This document shows positions 36,855 through 50,770 of a stretch of DNA of 64,000 nucleotides, piece after piece. Both the position numbers and the translations under genes were made by a program. The stretch is from assembly GCF_009914755.1 (NCBI RefSeq), contig NC_060925.1. One strand, given 5' to 3'. This DNA comes from the human T2T-CHM13v2.0 reference genome, Homo sapiens. The number at the start of each line of letters is the position of its first letter. Within the stretch, counting starts at the first letter, position 1. The notes beneath the pieces are model-generated. The model saw only the letters and a list, made by a program, of their open reading frames with translations. It did no database searches and was not told where the DNA came from.

Positions 36855-37032
36855 AGTTGGAGATATGAGTGTAAGGCACAATTCACACACACATGCACAC
36901 GCACACACATGCAGACACACACACACCAATCACCACACTCAGCCTAGCTGGAGATATGGGTGTAAGGCAGAATTCATATACACACACACACATATATATA
37001 CACACACACACCCCAATCACCACACTCAGCCT
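36855..37032 (+). repeat. About 90-bp tandem duplication with CA-rich core
   Basis: Copies 36855-36945 and 36946-37032. Confidence 0.9.
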
Positions 37033-38012
37033 GGCTTAACCAATACTTTGTTGTCTCCCCACTCTTCCCTGAGGGAAGCACACACAGAGATAAAATTAGC
37101 CTTCTCAGCCACTTGCCTGGCTCTTCATGGGACAGGCTTAAGCCACAGGGCTATGTCTTAAGGCTCTACCCTTAAGGCTCTACCCTTAATCTTTCTATGA
37201 ACACGACCCAAGAGCAGAGACTGCTCTATTTTTTTCCCCACCAGGAATATACAGACAAAGGGCAGAGTTACAGTCTCCCTTTCTTCCCTCCTGTTGCTAT
37301 CCCTCGCTTCTCATCTAACTGATATTATGTAAAGTCTCGACGCAGACAGGTGTGTGTAAGAGAGGGCTCCCCATCTTTCCTTCGTCACCCTCTCTTGCTC
37401 ACTTTGTTGTCTGGGTCATGGGGAGGAGGGCAGCTGGAGTGGTGAAATCAGCACTGATGTCAGAGAAGAGGAGGCCAAGAAAGACAAGGAGAGGTAGGAG
37501 CCAGCCCTGTGGCAGGAATGATTCAGAGCCCAGGTCAGACTCTAGGAGGTCTGGCTCTTGGGACGCATGAAGAATAGCACCCACGCACCTGAGACAGGTG
37601 CAGGTCTATGTATGTTTCAGCCTCCCCCAGATTGCTAAGGAGCTCACTGGGTTGGGAAGGTAGTGTTCAAGTAGGGAAAACCGAATTATAACAACAAAAA
37701 AACCTGCAATTCCTTGAGTACCTCCCATGAGTGGAGCATTCAATGACATAAACAGTTTGATCTTTGCAACCACACTGTGATGTAGATGGGATTACCCCAT
37801 TTTATAAATGAGGAACTGAGGCCCAGAGACTAAATTCAATGAGTTGTGCAAAGTCATACAGCTGAGTTTCAAATCCAGCTCCTGCTCTTCTCTAGAGCCT
37901 ATATTTTTTTTACTTCTTTATGTTGTTTCTTCTGACACATGTACATACGCATGTGAACACACACATGCACACACATAGACCCCCAAGTTCCAGCTTTAAG
38001 TGCCCACTGTAC

Positions 38013-38133
38013 CTTCATGGATGGCAATGATGTGAGGGTGGTTGAGTGATGACATGATCTCAATCTCCCTCCGTATGTGCATCAGATCTTGCTCATCTTT
38101 GATTTTGTCCTTCCGGATTGACTTGATGGCCAC
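38013..38133 (-). CDS. NUAK2: NUAK2 exon 2 ([10 protein letters not shown]...HIIAIHE)
   Basis: VAIK motif; acceptor ttcccag|GTG, donor G|GTACAG; 121 nt. Confidence 0.97.
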
Positions 38134-38775
38134 CTGGGAAGAGAAGGCATGAGAGTGAGGAGAAAGGTTTGGCAGAGGACACTCTGGGGGCCCTGGTCCT
38201 GGTGGTTTGCCTGTAGCTGCTATAAAGGCCACAGAGTACACCCATAGAAGCCACTCCATCCTTCACCAGTGTAGGTGGCAGAGAGGCTGGAGAGCACTTT
38301 CTCTAGAAAAAGATCTCACCTGAGCTGAGTGCACATGGTCCATGCAGCAGGAAGGAATATCGACAAGTCACCTCCTTATTCATAGTCTACAGATAGACAA
38401 GGAAGGTAAAAACCTGCATTTGCAAGGCTGATGCGTTATGAATTATAAAGCAAACGTGCCAATCTGCACCATGAGGACAAGGACCAGCCAGTTTTGCTCA
38501 CCACTGAATTCTTGATGCTGAGCACAGTAGGCACAGAATAACTCCTTGTTGCATTAGTAAATGAACTGACCCTCACAACAACCTTGGGAGGTGGGCACAA
38601 AAAGCATCATCAATACCCTTTACAGGTGAAGAAACTGGGACCCAGAGAGGTTAGATGATGTGCTCAGTCATACGGTCACTAACTGGTGCAAGTGGATTCG
38701 ACTACTGGCCATCTGATTCTGAGTTTGGTACTTTTTCTGCTCCAGTTCTGTAACTTGCTATAAGCAATCAGTCCC

Positions 38776-39570
<795 letters not shown>

Positions 39571-41898
39571 CCCCAAACACCAGTCTATTCAGTCCAGATG
39601 AGAAACCTTCCTCCCCTGACAACAAACAACTCAACAGTTGCTTGCTATCTCAGGGCTTGCTATCTTAGCCCGGCAAGATGAAAAACACCACATGAGGACG
39701 AAGCCCTCCAGGCAGTATGTGTGGTGGGCTCAGGAAAGGTGGAGAGAGGCAGGAAGAAATGGAAAGAGGGCTGCCGAGGTGCAGCTAGCAAAGCTCTGAG
39801 CCACCGAGGGTCTCGGTCCCTCTCTGCTCCACCCTCCTCAGCAGCAGCTCCTGGACAAAATCCCAGAAAATACCAGGGAGCAGGGCCTGAGGCGCGGAGC
39901 TGGGGAGAGACACTGCCTAGGGAGTCTGTCACTGTCCCCCTGGGCCAGTCCCCACCCCTTCTCAGAGCCTCGGGTTTTTTTTTTTTCTGTGAAACAAACA
40001 GGTTGAACTAAGAGATCTGAGGGGCTTTCCTGCTCTGAGTCTATGAAATTAGCCGTACAGATGCCACGGGGCCCTCAGAGGCTGCAGGGCTAGGTGGGAG
40101 CTGGGTGGGGGTGGGGTGTCACAGGGCCGGCCAGTTCCTGGCAAGTGCTGCCCAAGGACGCAAATGGTAAATACGAGACTTCCTCTTATGGGGGTAGGCA
40201 AGTTGTGAGAAATCTGAAGACCTAGACTGTGGTAAACAGCTCCTCGTTCAATTTCCCAGGAGGGTTTGCGTCCCCTCAAGATTCAAAGGGAGAGAGAAAA
40301 AAGGAAACCCCTGCTGGAGGGGAGGAGCCTCTAATCCACCCTTTCACAGGGCTCTGGAGGCAGACAATGGTTTCTGGCTTGCAGGGGCAGCAGGCCCTGC
40401 CGGCCTGTGTTCTCCATCGGACAAGAATGCGGAACAGCCCTAATCCCGTAAGAGGAGCTGCTCACAATGCCCTGGCCCGGTCACCCCGGCAACGGGCCAG
40501 GGATGGCGTGCCCTCCATCCCACTCCTCCCCCAGAGCTTCATCTTTGAAAGAGGGGAGGCCCTGCTCTCGGGCCCTCCCTGAGCAGGGCAGGGAGGACAA
40601 TGGCAGGCGGGAGGGATGGTCACCATGGAGCCTCCTCCCCAAGATGCTGAAGAGGCCCATGCTGCAGCTGCAGGGGATGCGATGGGGCTATCCCCCTTCT
40701 GCTCCAAACCATCCATCTCTTCCTAGTGAGCTAAGCAAAAAACAAAAACAAAAATAAAAACCTGGGCTTGGAACTGGGCAGGGGGCCAGGGGTAGATGTA
40801 GAGAGGGCCTGAATCCTCCTTTAACTAGGAGGTACCTCTCTCTCCTGGATTCAACTTGGAGTATCATTCCCACACACCTCTCGCCTCCATACCCTTTTTC
40901 CTCTCCCTGAGGGGGAGATTTTATGGACAAGTTATTTTCTCTCTAAAATTCTTTGTTTAAAATAAAACAATGGATAAAGTTCTATGAGCTCTTCAGAGAT
41001 AAAGGTCCATAAAGAGCAAAACGATCAATCATATATAAACATGAATCCCATATCTAGATAATCAAAACTATTTCAGAACTTAAGATGTACGCATAGGCAC
41101 ATCTTGGATGTACAGTTGTGTACTCGCAGATACAATAGTGAAATAAATCATCATAGGCTTAGGGGGCAGAACTCTAAAGATGACAAGGCCTAAAATAAAT
41201 GAGGTTCCAAAAAAGGGAGAAAGGGGTGTTAGAGGGGCTGGAAGGAGTCTCTGCATGGGGGCGAGTGCACAAGTTGAACCCCAAGATCCATCTCTTTCAA
41301 CTCCAGAAGCCCATGATTCTACATCAGAATTGTTAATCCTCATTGAACAGTTCCAGCCTCCTGCAAGTTTGTGCTCTGGCATCAGGGGGTAGGTTAGGGA
41401 CCCACCAGGTATCCATATTAGGTCCCAGGAGATCACAGTACGGCTGGCACTTTCCAGGAAGCAAACAAGTTATGTCATCAGGCCTCTATCGGTCTCCAAG
41501 CAGGTGGCAGACAAAAAGAGCCATGCATCACCACCCTGGTGGGGCTAGACCACTGCTCCCCAGCCTATCCTGGACCCACAGGAGAGGGCTCTAGCTATCT
41601 GCTGGCTAGCCTGTCAAAGTAAATTAGAGCAACAGCTCAGGCCTAGACAGAGCTCAGCATACAGAAAGTGTTCAACAATTGTTTACTGGTGAACATAAAT
41701 CGCAAATATTTACTAGTTAAGTCACTGGGCTGATGACCTTTGACTGAGATGGGAGCAGTGCTCAGATAAGATTTTCTCCTCTTCTTCCTAGACATGGGTG
41801 AAGTCCACCTCGGTTATAAGGACTAATTTTTAGGGACCTTTGTTCTCATCTGCAAGATAGCCAGGCAACTATTCTCTAGAATAAAAATATGTTGATTA

Positions 41899-42208
41899 GG
41901 CTGGGCGCAGTGGCTCATGCCTATAATCTCAGCACTTTGGGAGACCGAGGCGGGCAAATCACTCGAGGCCAGAAGTTCAAGACCAACCTGGCCAACGTGG
42001 TGAAACCCCATCTCTACTAAAAATACAAAAATTAGCTGGGCCTGGTGATGCATTCCTGTAATCTCAGCTACTCTGTGGCTGAGGCACGAGAATTGCTTGA
42101 ACCCGGGAGGGCAGAAGTTGCAGTGAGCTGAGATTGCACCACTGCACTCCAGCCTGGGTGACAGAGCGAGCCTCTGTCTTAAAAAAAAAATAAAAAATAA
42201 AAATAAAA
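41899..42208 (+). mobile_element. AluS in NUAK2 intron 1
   Basis: Seen directly. Confidence 0.95.
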
Positions 42209-42559
42209 TGACTAAAACCAAGGAAGAGGGTAACAATTGCTGAACCAATCACCCAGAGGCAGGAAGGCCACATGCCTGAGACAGTCCTGGTCTAATTACT
42301 AATATTGCCCCTTTTACTCTCCAAAGTATCCAAGTTTAGATAATACAATATATGGCCACCCTACTCAGAAGGGGAAAGAAAACCAGATTCAATGATAATA
42401 ACATAAACCTGAACATCTGATTAGTGGAGATGGCATCAAGAGCCCAGGAATCGAATCCTTATTTGCCCCTATAGAGCTATGCAACTCAACATAAGTCACT
42501 TGACCAGATAAGTCTGGTTAACTCATCTGGCTGGTTTTCATGTCCTCATCTGAAAAACG

Positions 42560-42950
42560 AAAGGATATTTATTCTCCAGTCATCTGCTGAGTGCCTACCA
42601 TGTGCCTGGCTGGCACTGTGCTAGGTGTTAGGGATTCAGATAAAAAGTGGACAGTCCCACAGTCCAGTGGGAGGACTGACAATTAATTAAACTCCATTCT
42701 ATTGTGATAAATGTGGCAGTTGATGTCCCTGCCTGCAGAGAGGCTCCAAGAGCACTGGAGAGAACTTCCTTTGCCCATAGGAGGAGCAGGGAAACCACCT
42801 CTGGGAGAAAAACTGCTTTCGATTTTGAAGGATGAGTGAGGTTTGCTAAGCCAAGGGAGGTGGGCTAGGGAGGGGCAACAAGGGCATTCCAGACAGAAAG
42901 AAAGGTTTGAACAAAGGCCAAAAAGAAAGAGCCATTCACGAATTTGCACA
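42560..42950 (-). mobile_element. L2 fragment
   Basis: gagtgcctaccatgtgcc...cactgtgctagg pattern. Confidence 0.65.
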
Positions 42951-45900
42951 TCAGGATCTCTACGCACCCTTCCAAACTCTAGAATTCTATGCTGAACTTC
43001 TTCAGAAATGGGCCACCTGCTACTATGCCAGGAAGGTGCTAGCCAAGTATTATTATAAGCAGCCCCATACTATGGCCACGGTAGCCTGCTTGAGCATAAT
43101 TTCTGATTCTGTCCCAGTGGTTTTCTTGCCCCTGCAGTCCTAAACATTGGAAAAGGCAGCAGGGTTAATTCCTCATTCTATTTTGCAAACAGCACACACT
43201 GAAGTCCAGAAAGGCACACTGACTTTTCCAAGGTTCCACAACACATCAAGACACAATCAGGACTGAAGATGGAAGGATGGTGCCTGGAGAAGCTTCCATC
43301 TCAGCCATAGAGATTTCCCTGCCTGCCTCCCATCCCTGGAGAAGGGAATGCCCCATATCTTGCCCTAGGCCAGGCTGTGTAGTATCACCAGCCACCCCAT
43401 CCCACTTACAGATATACAAATATGCCCACTCCTCTGCCAACACCCTGGAGAGGTAGGTGCTGTGGCTCAATTGGTAAACACTGCCTCCCTCCCAGGGACT
43501 CAGATCAGGAACGATCTGGATTCAGGAGAGGATGGTAGAAAGGTCTTAGAAAAAGAAGATCCAGAGATGCTGGTTCCAGGTGGAGGGAGAGAAGGTGCAA
43601 GCTGGGCATCTCTGGTCATAGTTATCACCCAGAGCTGGAGCCAAGATCCTTGATTTCTCTCTGGCCTTTTGTGGAGCAGCTGCTGTCTGGGAGGCAGGGC
43701 AAGGAGCTAGGGGATGACCCATTTAGATAACGGAGGAGAGGTTGGGCTGGGTTGGCCCAGGCTGGGCAGAGTGGGGGTGGGCCTAGGGGTGGCTCGCCAT
43801 CCCACCACACCAGCCAGAGAGCTAGGCAGGGATCAGGAATGGGCTCCAAGGGGAGCCTGAGCCACCTCCCTATACTGTGCTGCCCCCTCCTTGCCATCCT
43901 CCAGCCCCCTCTACCGGGTTGCTGGGCAAGGAGCTTCCCTGCCCAGCCTTCTTGTGTGGTTTGGCTGGGGCTCAAGGACAAGAGTGGCCTGCAGCCTCCC
44001 TCCCTGCCGCTTAGCAGGCAGGTGCAGAGGGAGCTGGGAGGGCAGTGTCCTGCCAAGCAAGCCCTTGGCAGCCAGCCAGGCAGGAGTCCTTCTCTGGAGC
44101 TGGGGCCGAAGGAGAGACGAGGACTTTGAACAAAGCAGCAACCAAAGTGGTTTGGCTTAGGGAAGCCAAGCACAATCCATACTCTTTCTCAGGGTAGGAC
44201 AGACCTCCAGGACGCAGGGATTCCCCAGGAAAGGGAAGGGCAGGACTTCATCAAAGCCAGCCTTGCTGGGATAATAACACTGTGTGTGTCAGACACTGTG
44301 CTAAGCACTTTACATATGCTATCTTACTTAATCCTAAGAGAATCCCACGAGGTAGGAATAATTATCACCCCTACTTTACAGATAAGGAAACTGAGGTACA
44401 GAGAGGTTGCACAGCTGGTAAGCAATGGAGCCACGATTTGAATGCTTGCAACCTTGACTGTCAGCTAGGCAGCATCCCCAACAAGGTTTGAAACCCAGGA
44501 ATATAGTGTAGTTCACCCACCCAGAATCCTTCAACACAGTCACTGTATGTGAGGGTGGGGGTTGGTTCCCAGTGACTCTTCCCACCTGAAGCACTGCCTG
44601 TAGTGCTGGGAAAGACAGCGGGAGCTAACTGTTGGAATAACAAAGCACACTGAGGCAAGCCTGGGCTCATCTCAAGACCAACTCCCAGTCTAGGACTCAG
44701 TACTTGGTCATCCAGGAGCCCATATTGCAGGCATGCCACTCACCAGCTACAGGATAAGTCACTTCCCCTCTTCGGGCCTCAGCTACTCTATCTGTCAATG
44801 AAGGACTCGGACCACCTCAGTCATTTCCAAACATTTTGAAATCCTGCACTGCACTCCAAAACATAAAAAAGACAGAAGCACTCTTGCTCCAGAGCACCAT
44901 ACACTTGGACTCACGGCCCTAATGGTTCCCCTTGGAGGTAAGACTTCCATGCAGATCATCCAAAGGCTTTGGTGGACTCCACCATTTCAGAGACCCCAGC
45001 ATGTGTTTTTCTCTTTAGGGGAAGGGGTGGCCAGGGGAGCTGGGTGAGTCCCAGGAGGAAATGTCATTTGGATACCAGGAATGTATTGAAGAGCCAGAGC
45101 AAATATTTGTTTTTCCTTTGATGTCCTCCTAGAGCAGCCATTAGTTCCGCCCACCTGCCCTTCCCTCAGCCAATCCCATCTGGCCCTGATAATCCCATCT
45201 AGGCAGGTTGGGAGCGGGACGTGTGCTAGAAAGGTGGAGAGAAAATTGGGATGGAAGTCACCCAGCTGGCTTTCCTCTGAATCTAGCTCCCACCAACAAT
45301 CTCAATTCATTCTAGGGGAGGTCTTGGGCAAGCTCCCACACCCCTCTCCCGCACTGAAGTATCCTGAGGCACTAGGTCTCTCTCGATTCACGAAGGACAG
45401 TCAAGAGGCAGGGGTGGGGTGGGGTGGGGAAGAGGCAATGCTCCAGAATTGAGAAACCATTAGCACAGCAGGCAGCTGCTCTCCAAGAAGGAAGGAGACC
45501 CTGAGCAAGTTCCCAGCTGCAGAACTGGGTGGTCTATGGATCAGGGAGGTTCACAGCAGGTCCCATGCCTACTGATCTTGGCTTCCTACATAGAGCAAGA
45601 GGCATGAGGCCAGGGAGTATCTTCTGATGTAATAAGAGCTGGAATCCCTGCCTAAATCCACTTAAGTTTGAAAACTGAAAGCTAGTTTATCTCATTCTGG
45701 AATCAAATGAGATCTCTCTCTTACTCTCTCTCTCTCATGCACATCCACACACACACCCCACAGTGACCTGGGTCAAGAGCCTGATGGGAACTCTGAACTT
45801 CAATCTCAGTTTCTCAGTCTCTGGGCCACCCCAGTCCCCACGACCCAGTGTCTCCACCCCCAAGAGGCACGAAGCACAAGCCACCAGCAGCTATTTTCCA

Positions 45901-46229
45901 GCTAAGCCCCTGACAAAGCCTGGGTCCAACAGCCTCAAGCCTGGAGCCTCACCGGGCCCTCACACTTTGCAGAAAGAGAAAGAAAAGGCAAGCCAGGAAG
46001 TACATGATTGCCCAATAGCTGTAACCTGGCAGCAGGCAACTGGGGACTGTGCCAGGCGATAGCAGGAAAAACATACTCGGTCCTATTGATGGGGCCATAA
46101 TCTACCCCTTTCTCCAACATCCACTCTCCTTCACCAATGAAATGACTTCTTGAATTTCAAACCAGCTACTGGCTGCAAAAGCAAACACAATCTGGGGAAG
46201 TAACTGCTGATGTAGCCAATAGGGCAAAC

Positions 46230-46232
<3 letters not shown>

Positions 46233-46260
<28 letters not shown>
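46233..46260 (+). repeat. (CA)n microsatellite
   Basis: Seen directly. Confidence 0.95.
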
Positions 46261-46289
46261 CCCCTCACAACCAGCACCCAACTGGATTT

Positions 46290-46470
46290 GGCAAAACATA
46301 ATAATGCCTAAACCACCTGCTCTAAAAGGCTTGTTAAAATATACATTATATGGCCCTATCCTAGACCTTCAGAATAAATTACTCTGGGTGTGGAACCAGA
46401 GAATGTAAGTATTTTAAACAAACATCCCAGGTGATCCTTACGTACTTTAAACTCAAGTTTGAGAACCAGT
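46290..46470. mobile_element. MER5-like hAT fragment (similar pieces near 21360, 41300, 48930)
   Basis: tttaaacaa...ccaggtgat...aagtttgagaacca terminus. Confidence 0.65.
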
Positions 46471-46483
46471 TAACCACTGCTAA

Positions 46484-46871
<388 letters not shown>

Positions 46872-47705
46872 ATCTCACCGCAAGTTCTATGTGTTAGGAG
46901 CAATATAAGTTCATATTTCGATCTTATTCAATCCTCACAGCAGCTTGTGAGGCAGGCTGTGTTTTCTACAGTTCTGCAAAAGGGGAAACAAAGTACAGAG
47001 ATGAAGGAAATTGCCCAAGGTCACACAGACTGCTAGACTCCTACGCTCGCACCAAAGTAACAGGGCATGTTCTTGAAAAGGCCCCCAAACCGAAAGGTGT
47101 CTCTGGTACAGTGGACCTGGTTTCACATTTTCCAGAATCAAAAACTCATCATAATGAAATTTCAACTAAATTTTAGAGCTGGAAAGGACCTAAATGTCAA
47201 AACCCACCCCGTGCCAGAGCTCCAGTGTGCTGGGTTGCCAGATTCTTGGAGTTGGGGAAATCCACACCTCATCCATTCATTCAACCACACACATATTTAC
47301 CAAATACCTATTAAGATGGGGTGCCTTCTACTTCCTCTTTCCATTGCACTCTATTGAACAGTCTTTTCCCAGCAAAACTCAACTTAAGTCCCATCCATCT
47401 TATCCCAGGACACGACACGATTCGTTTTTCCGCGCCAACTATCCATAGCCTCCCTTTTATTTGGCAATCATCACAGCAGTACGGTGTTGCTGGCTGGGGT
47501 TCGCAAGTTTGCGACCACTGTCCCTGCAATCACGGACTGACACATCTGCCAGGGACACCCCGCAGTAGCCCCGCAAGCTCAGCGCGGTAAAGACCACGCT
47601 GGCCTCTCCGCCGAGCAACGAGCGAGCCGCCGCCCGCCCTCCTCCGCTCCCTGCCGGCGGCCAAGCCGGAGCCCGCCCCGCGCCGCGAGAGGGAGCCGCA
47701 CTCAC

Positions 47706-47936
47706 CAGGCGCCCCGAGCTCTCCCGCGCCTTCTTCACCTTCCCGTAGGTGCCTTTGCCCAGGGTCTCCAGGAACTCGTAGCGGTGCCGCAGGTTGTGCT
47801 TGTGGTGGTGCCGCTTCACCGCCTGCTTCTTCATTAGGGGCTTGGGCGACTTGATCAGCCCTTCCGCCAGCGGCCGGGCTAGCTCTGCGGCCGAGGGAGT
47901 GGGGCCGGAGCGCCGCGCGAAAACCAGCGACTCCAT
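47706..47936 (-). CDS. NUAK2: NUAK2 coding exon 1 ([11 protein letters not shown]...[19 protein letters not shown])
   Basis: Strong Kozak ctcgccATGg, kinase G-loop LGKGTYG, donor CTG|GTGAGT; 231 nt, ends in phase 0. Confidence 0.97.
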
Positions 47937-48065
47937 GGCGAGCAGGAGGTGAGCAAGGGCGGCAGGGGAATCAGTAGGCTGTGCGGGGAGGGCTGAAGCG
48001 CGGGGCACAGGTCCCGCACCAGGACGGGGAGCCACAGCAGTACCAGAGCGCGCAGTAAAGCACAG

Positions 48066-48266
48066 CATTCCAAGTTGTTATAAACGCCCTGAGCCCGAGG
48101 CCCTGGACACGCCCCCCGGCGCCCATTGGCCTGCTCGACGGCGGCGCGTGACCACGGCCGTCCACATTGGCTCTCCGGGGCTCCAGGCCCCGCCTCCTCC
48201 CCCTCGGCGTGGCCGGGAAAGGTGTCAATGGAACCCGCCCACCAGGAATGGGGACTAGGGGATTCC
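48066..48266 (-). promoter_or_regulatory. NUAK2: NUAK2 core/proximal promoter
   Basis: TATA-like TTTATAAC 48084-48077; CCAAT 48129-48125 and 48170-48166; GC boxes near 48187 and 48234; TEAD CATTCC/GGAATG at 48066 and 48245; kB-like GGGGATTCC 48258-48266. Confidence 0.75.
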
Positions 48267-48672
48267 AGCGAAGGCCGCCTGAGGCCCAGAAGCTTACTCT
48301 GAGGGCCCTTGGAGCTGCACTTGCCTCTGAGTGGCGCTTGGTCCTGCTTAATGCCCTGTTGTTTTATTGTACTCTGTTCTCAGTTGGCAAGGGGCGATCT
48401 GAGGGCACTAAAGGTCACCAAAGTATTTCTTCATCCTGAGTAATTTGCTTGTCCCAAGCCAAAATCTATAATTGCTTGACCACTTCATTGAGTCCATAAA
48501 GGAGAAAGGGAGCTGGGATGGAACAGAGGCAGAATCCAGCCTAGTGGGAGGGTTAGTGCAGAGCTGTCCTATGGTTCGAGTTCACTTGTCTTCAGTTAGA
48601 TCAACCTTACTTGGATATTGGAATCCAATGGCCCTGGAAACTTCTTCCTTCTTCCTCAAAGAGGGCTTCTTA

Positions 48673-48924
<252 letters not shown>

Positions 48925-49116
48925 TTAGTAGATTCCCTCAACCACTTAGTGGAATTTATTTAGGATGTGTCGGCTGGAGGTGGAGAGAACCCGAAGGGAT
49001 ACATATTTATTTAACATTTTTACATGCCGACTATCTAACCTGTGTCCCTAAGTCTGAAAATGGTTGCTCCACCCAAGGTTTTCTTGTGATTTTGGTGCCA
49101 GGAGCACTGGTGGTAG

Positions 49117-49402
<286 letters not shown>

Positions 49403-50359
49403 TTGACTTAGTTTTTGAGGCCTGGAGTTGCTAGGTCCAGAATCTCCACTCTGAGTGCTCATTTACAGTGAAATGAGAATGGCCATAGGTTTTCCTTCTT
49501 GCTTTAAATGGCAGAAAGGGAACATTTCCCCTTTGGCCATCTTGATAACCTAATCCTGTGAAATGAGTATTATTCTGTCCAAGGCCACACAACTGGTAAT
49601 AAAGTGGCGGGATTTAGACCCTGGTCCTGAGGAAGAGAATAGAGGACAATAGACCTGGATCCTCTTCCCTGAGGGAAACCCCTTCTGCCAGCCAGTTTAG
49701 GGCCCTGGATGGATTCTAGCTATGCTGGAGAGCCAGCCTTCCCCTCAGGCCTTCAGGAGGATGGTGCCTCCCCTGTGTATCCAGGGCATGCTGAGGATGG
49801 AGAAGGACCCACCCCCAGTGGCTGCCCACTTTTCTACTTCCACTGATCCTTTGATTATTTTTCTAGTGTGAGTTACAGATGTCTCCATCCCTCCATGGAG
49901 CTCTTTATCTCCTTTGTGACTGGAGAGGATCCATCTTACACAGGAAACCAATGTATCGCTCCCAAATTTGGAGGGCCACAGGAGGTGGCAGCTGGTTTGG
50001 CATTCTTCCCTCCACCAGCCTCCCCTTTTGCTGTGGGTTTTCTGTGCAAATAGGATGAGGCCCAGAGATAGTTGCCTTGACTTGCTATCTCCTTTCCCCT
50101 CTGAAATCTGCTTCTATTCCTGGGGGCTCATCCAGATGATTAGAATTCTCAAAAGGAAGTATGGATAACATAAGAGCAAGCACAGGGCCGAGTGTTGGGG
50201 GACCTGAGTTCGAGTCCTGACTCTGACACTAACCAGTTCTGTGGCCTTCTACTAATTACTTCATTCTACAAATACTGGTGCCCACTAGGTGCTGAGCCTG
50301 GGGACACAATCATGACAAGATTCCTGCCTTTGGAATGTTCTCAGTCTAGTGAGAAATAA

Positions 50360-50770
<411 letters not shown>

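Larger units (their letters stand above)
47490..48290. promoter_or_regulatory. NUAK2: CpG island over the NUAK2 promoter, exon 1 and start of intron 1
   Basis: Very high GC and CpG density compared with the flanks. Confidence 0.9.
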
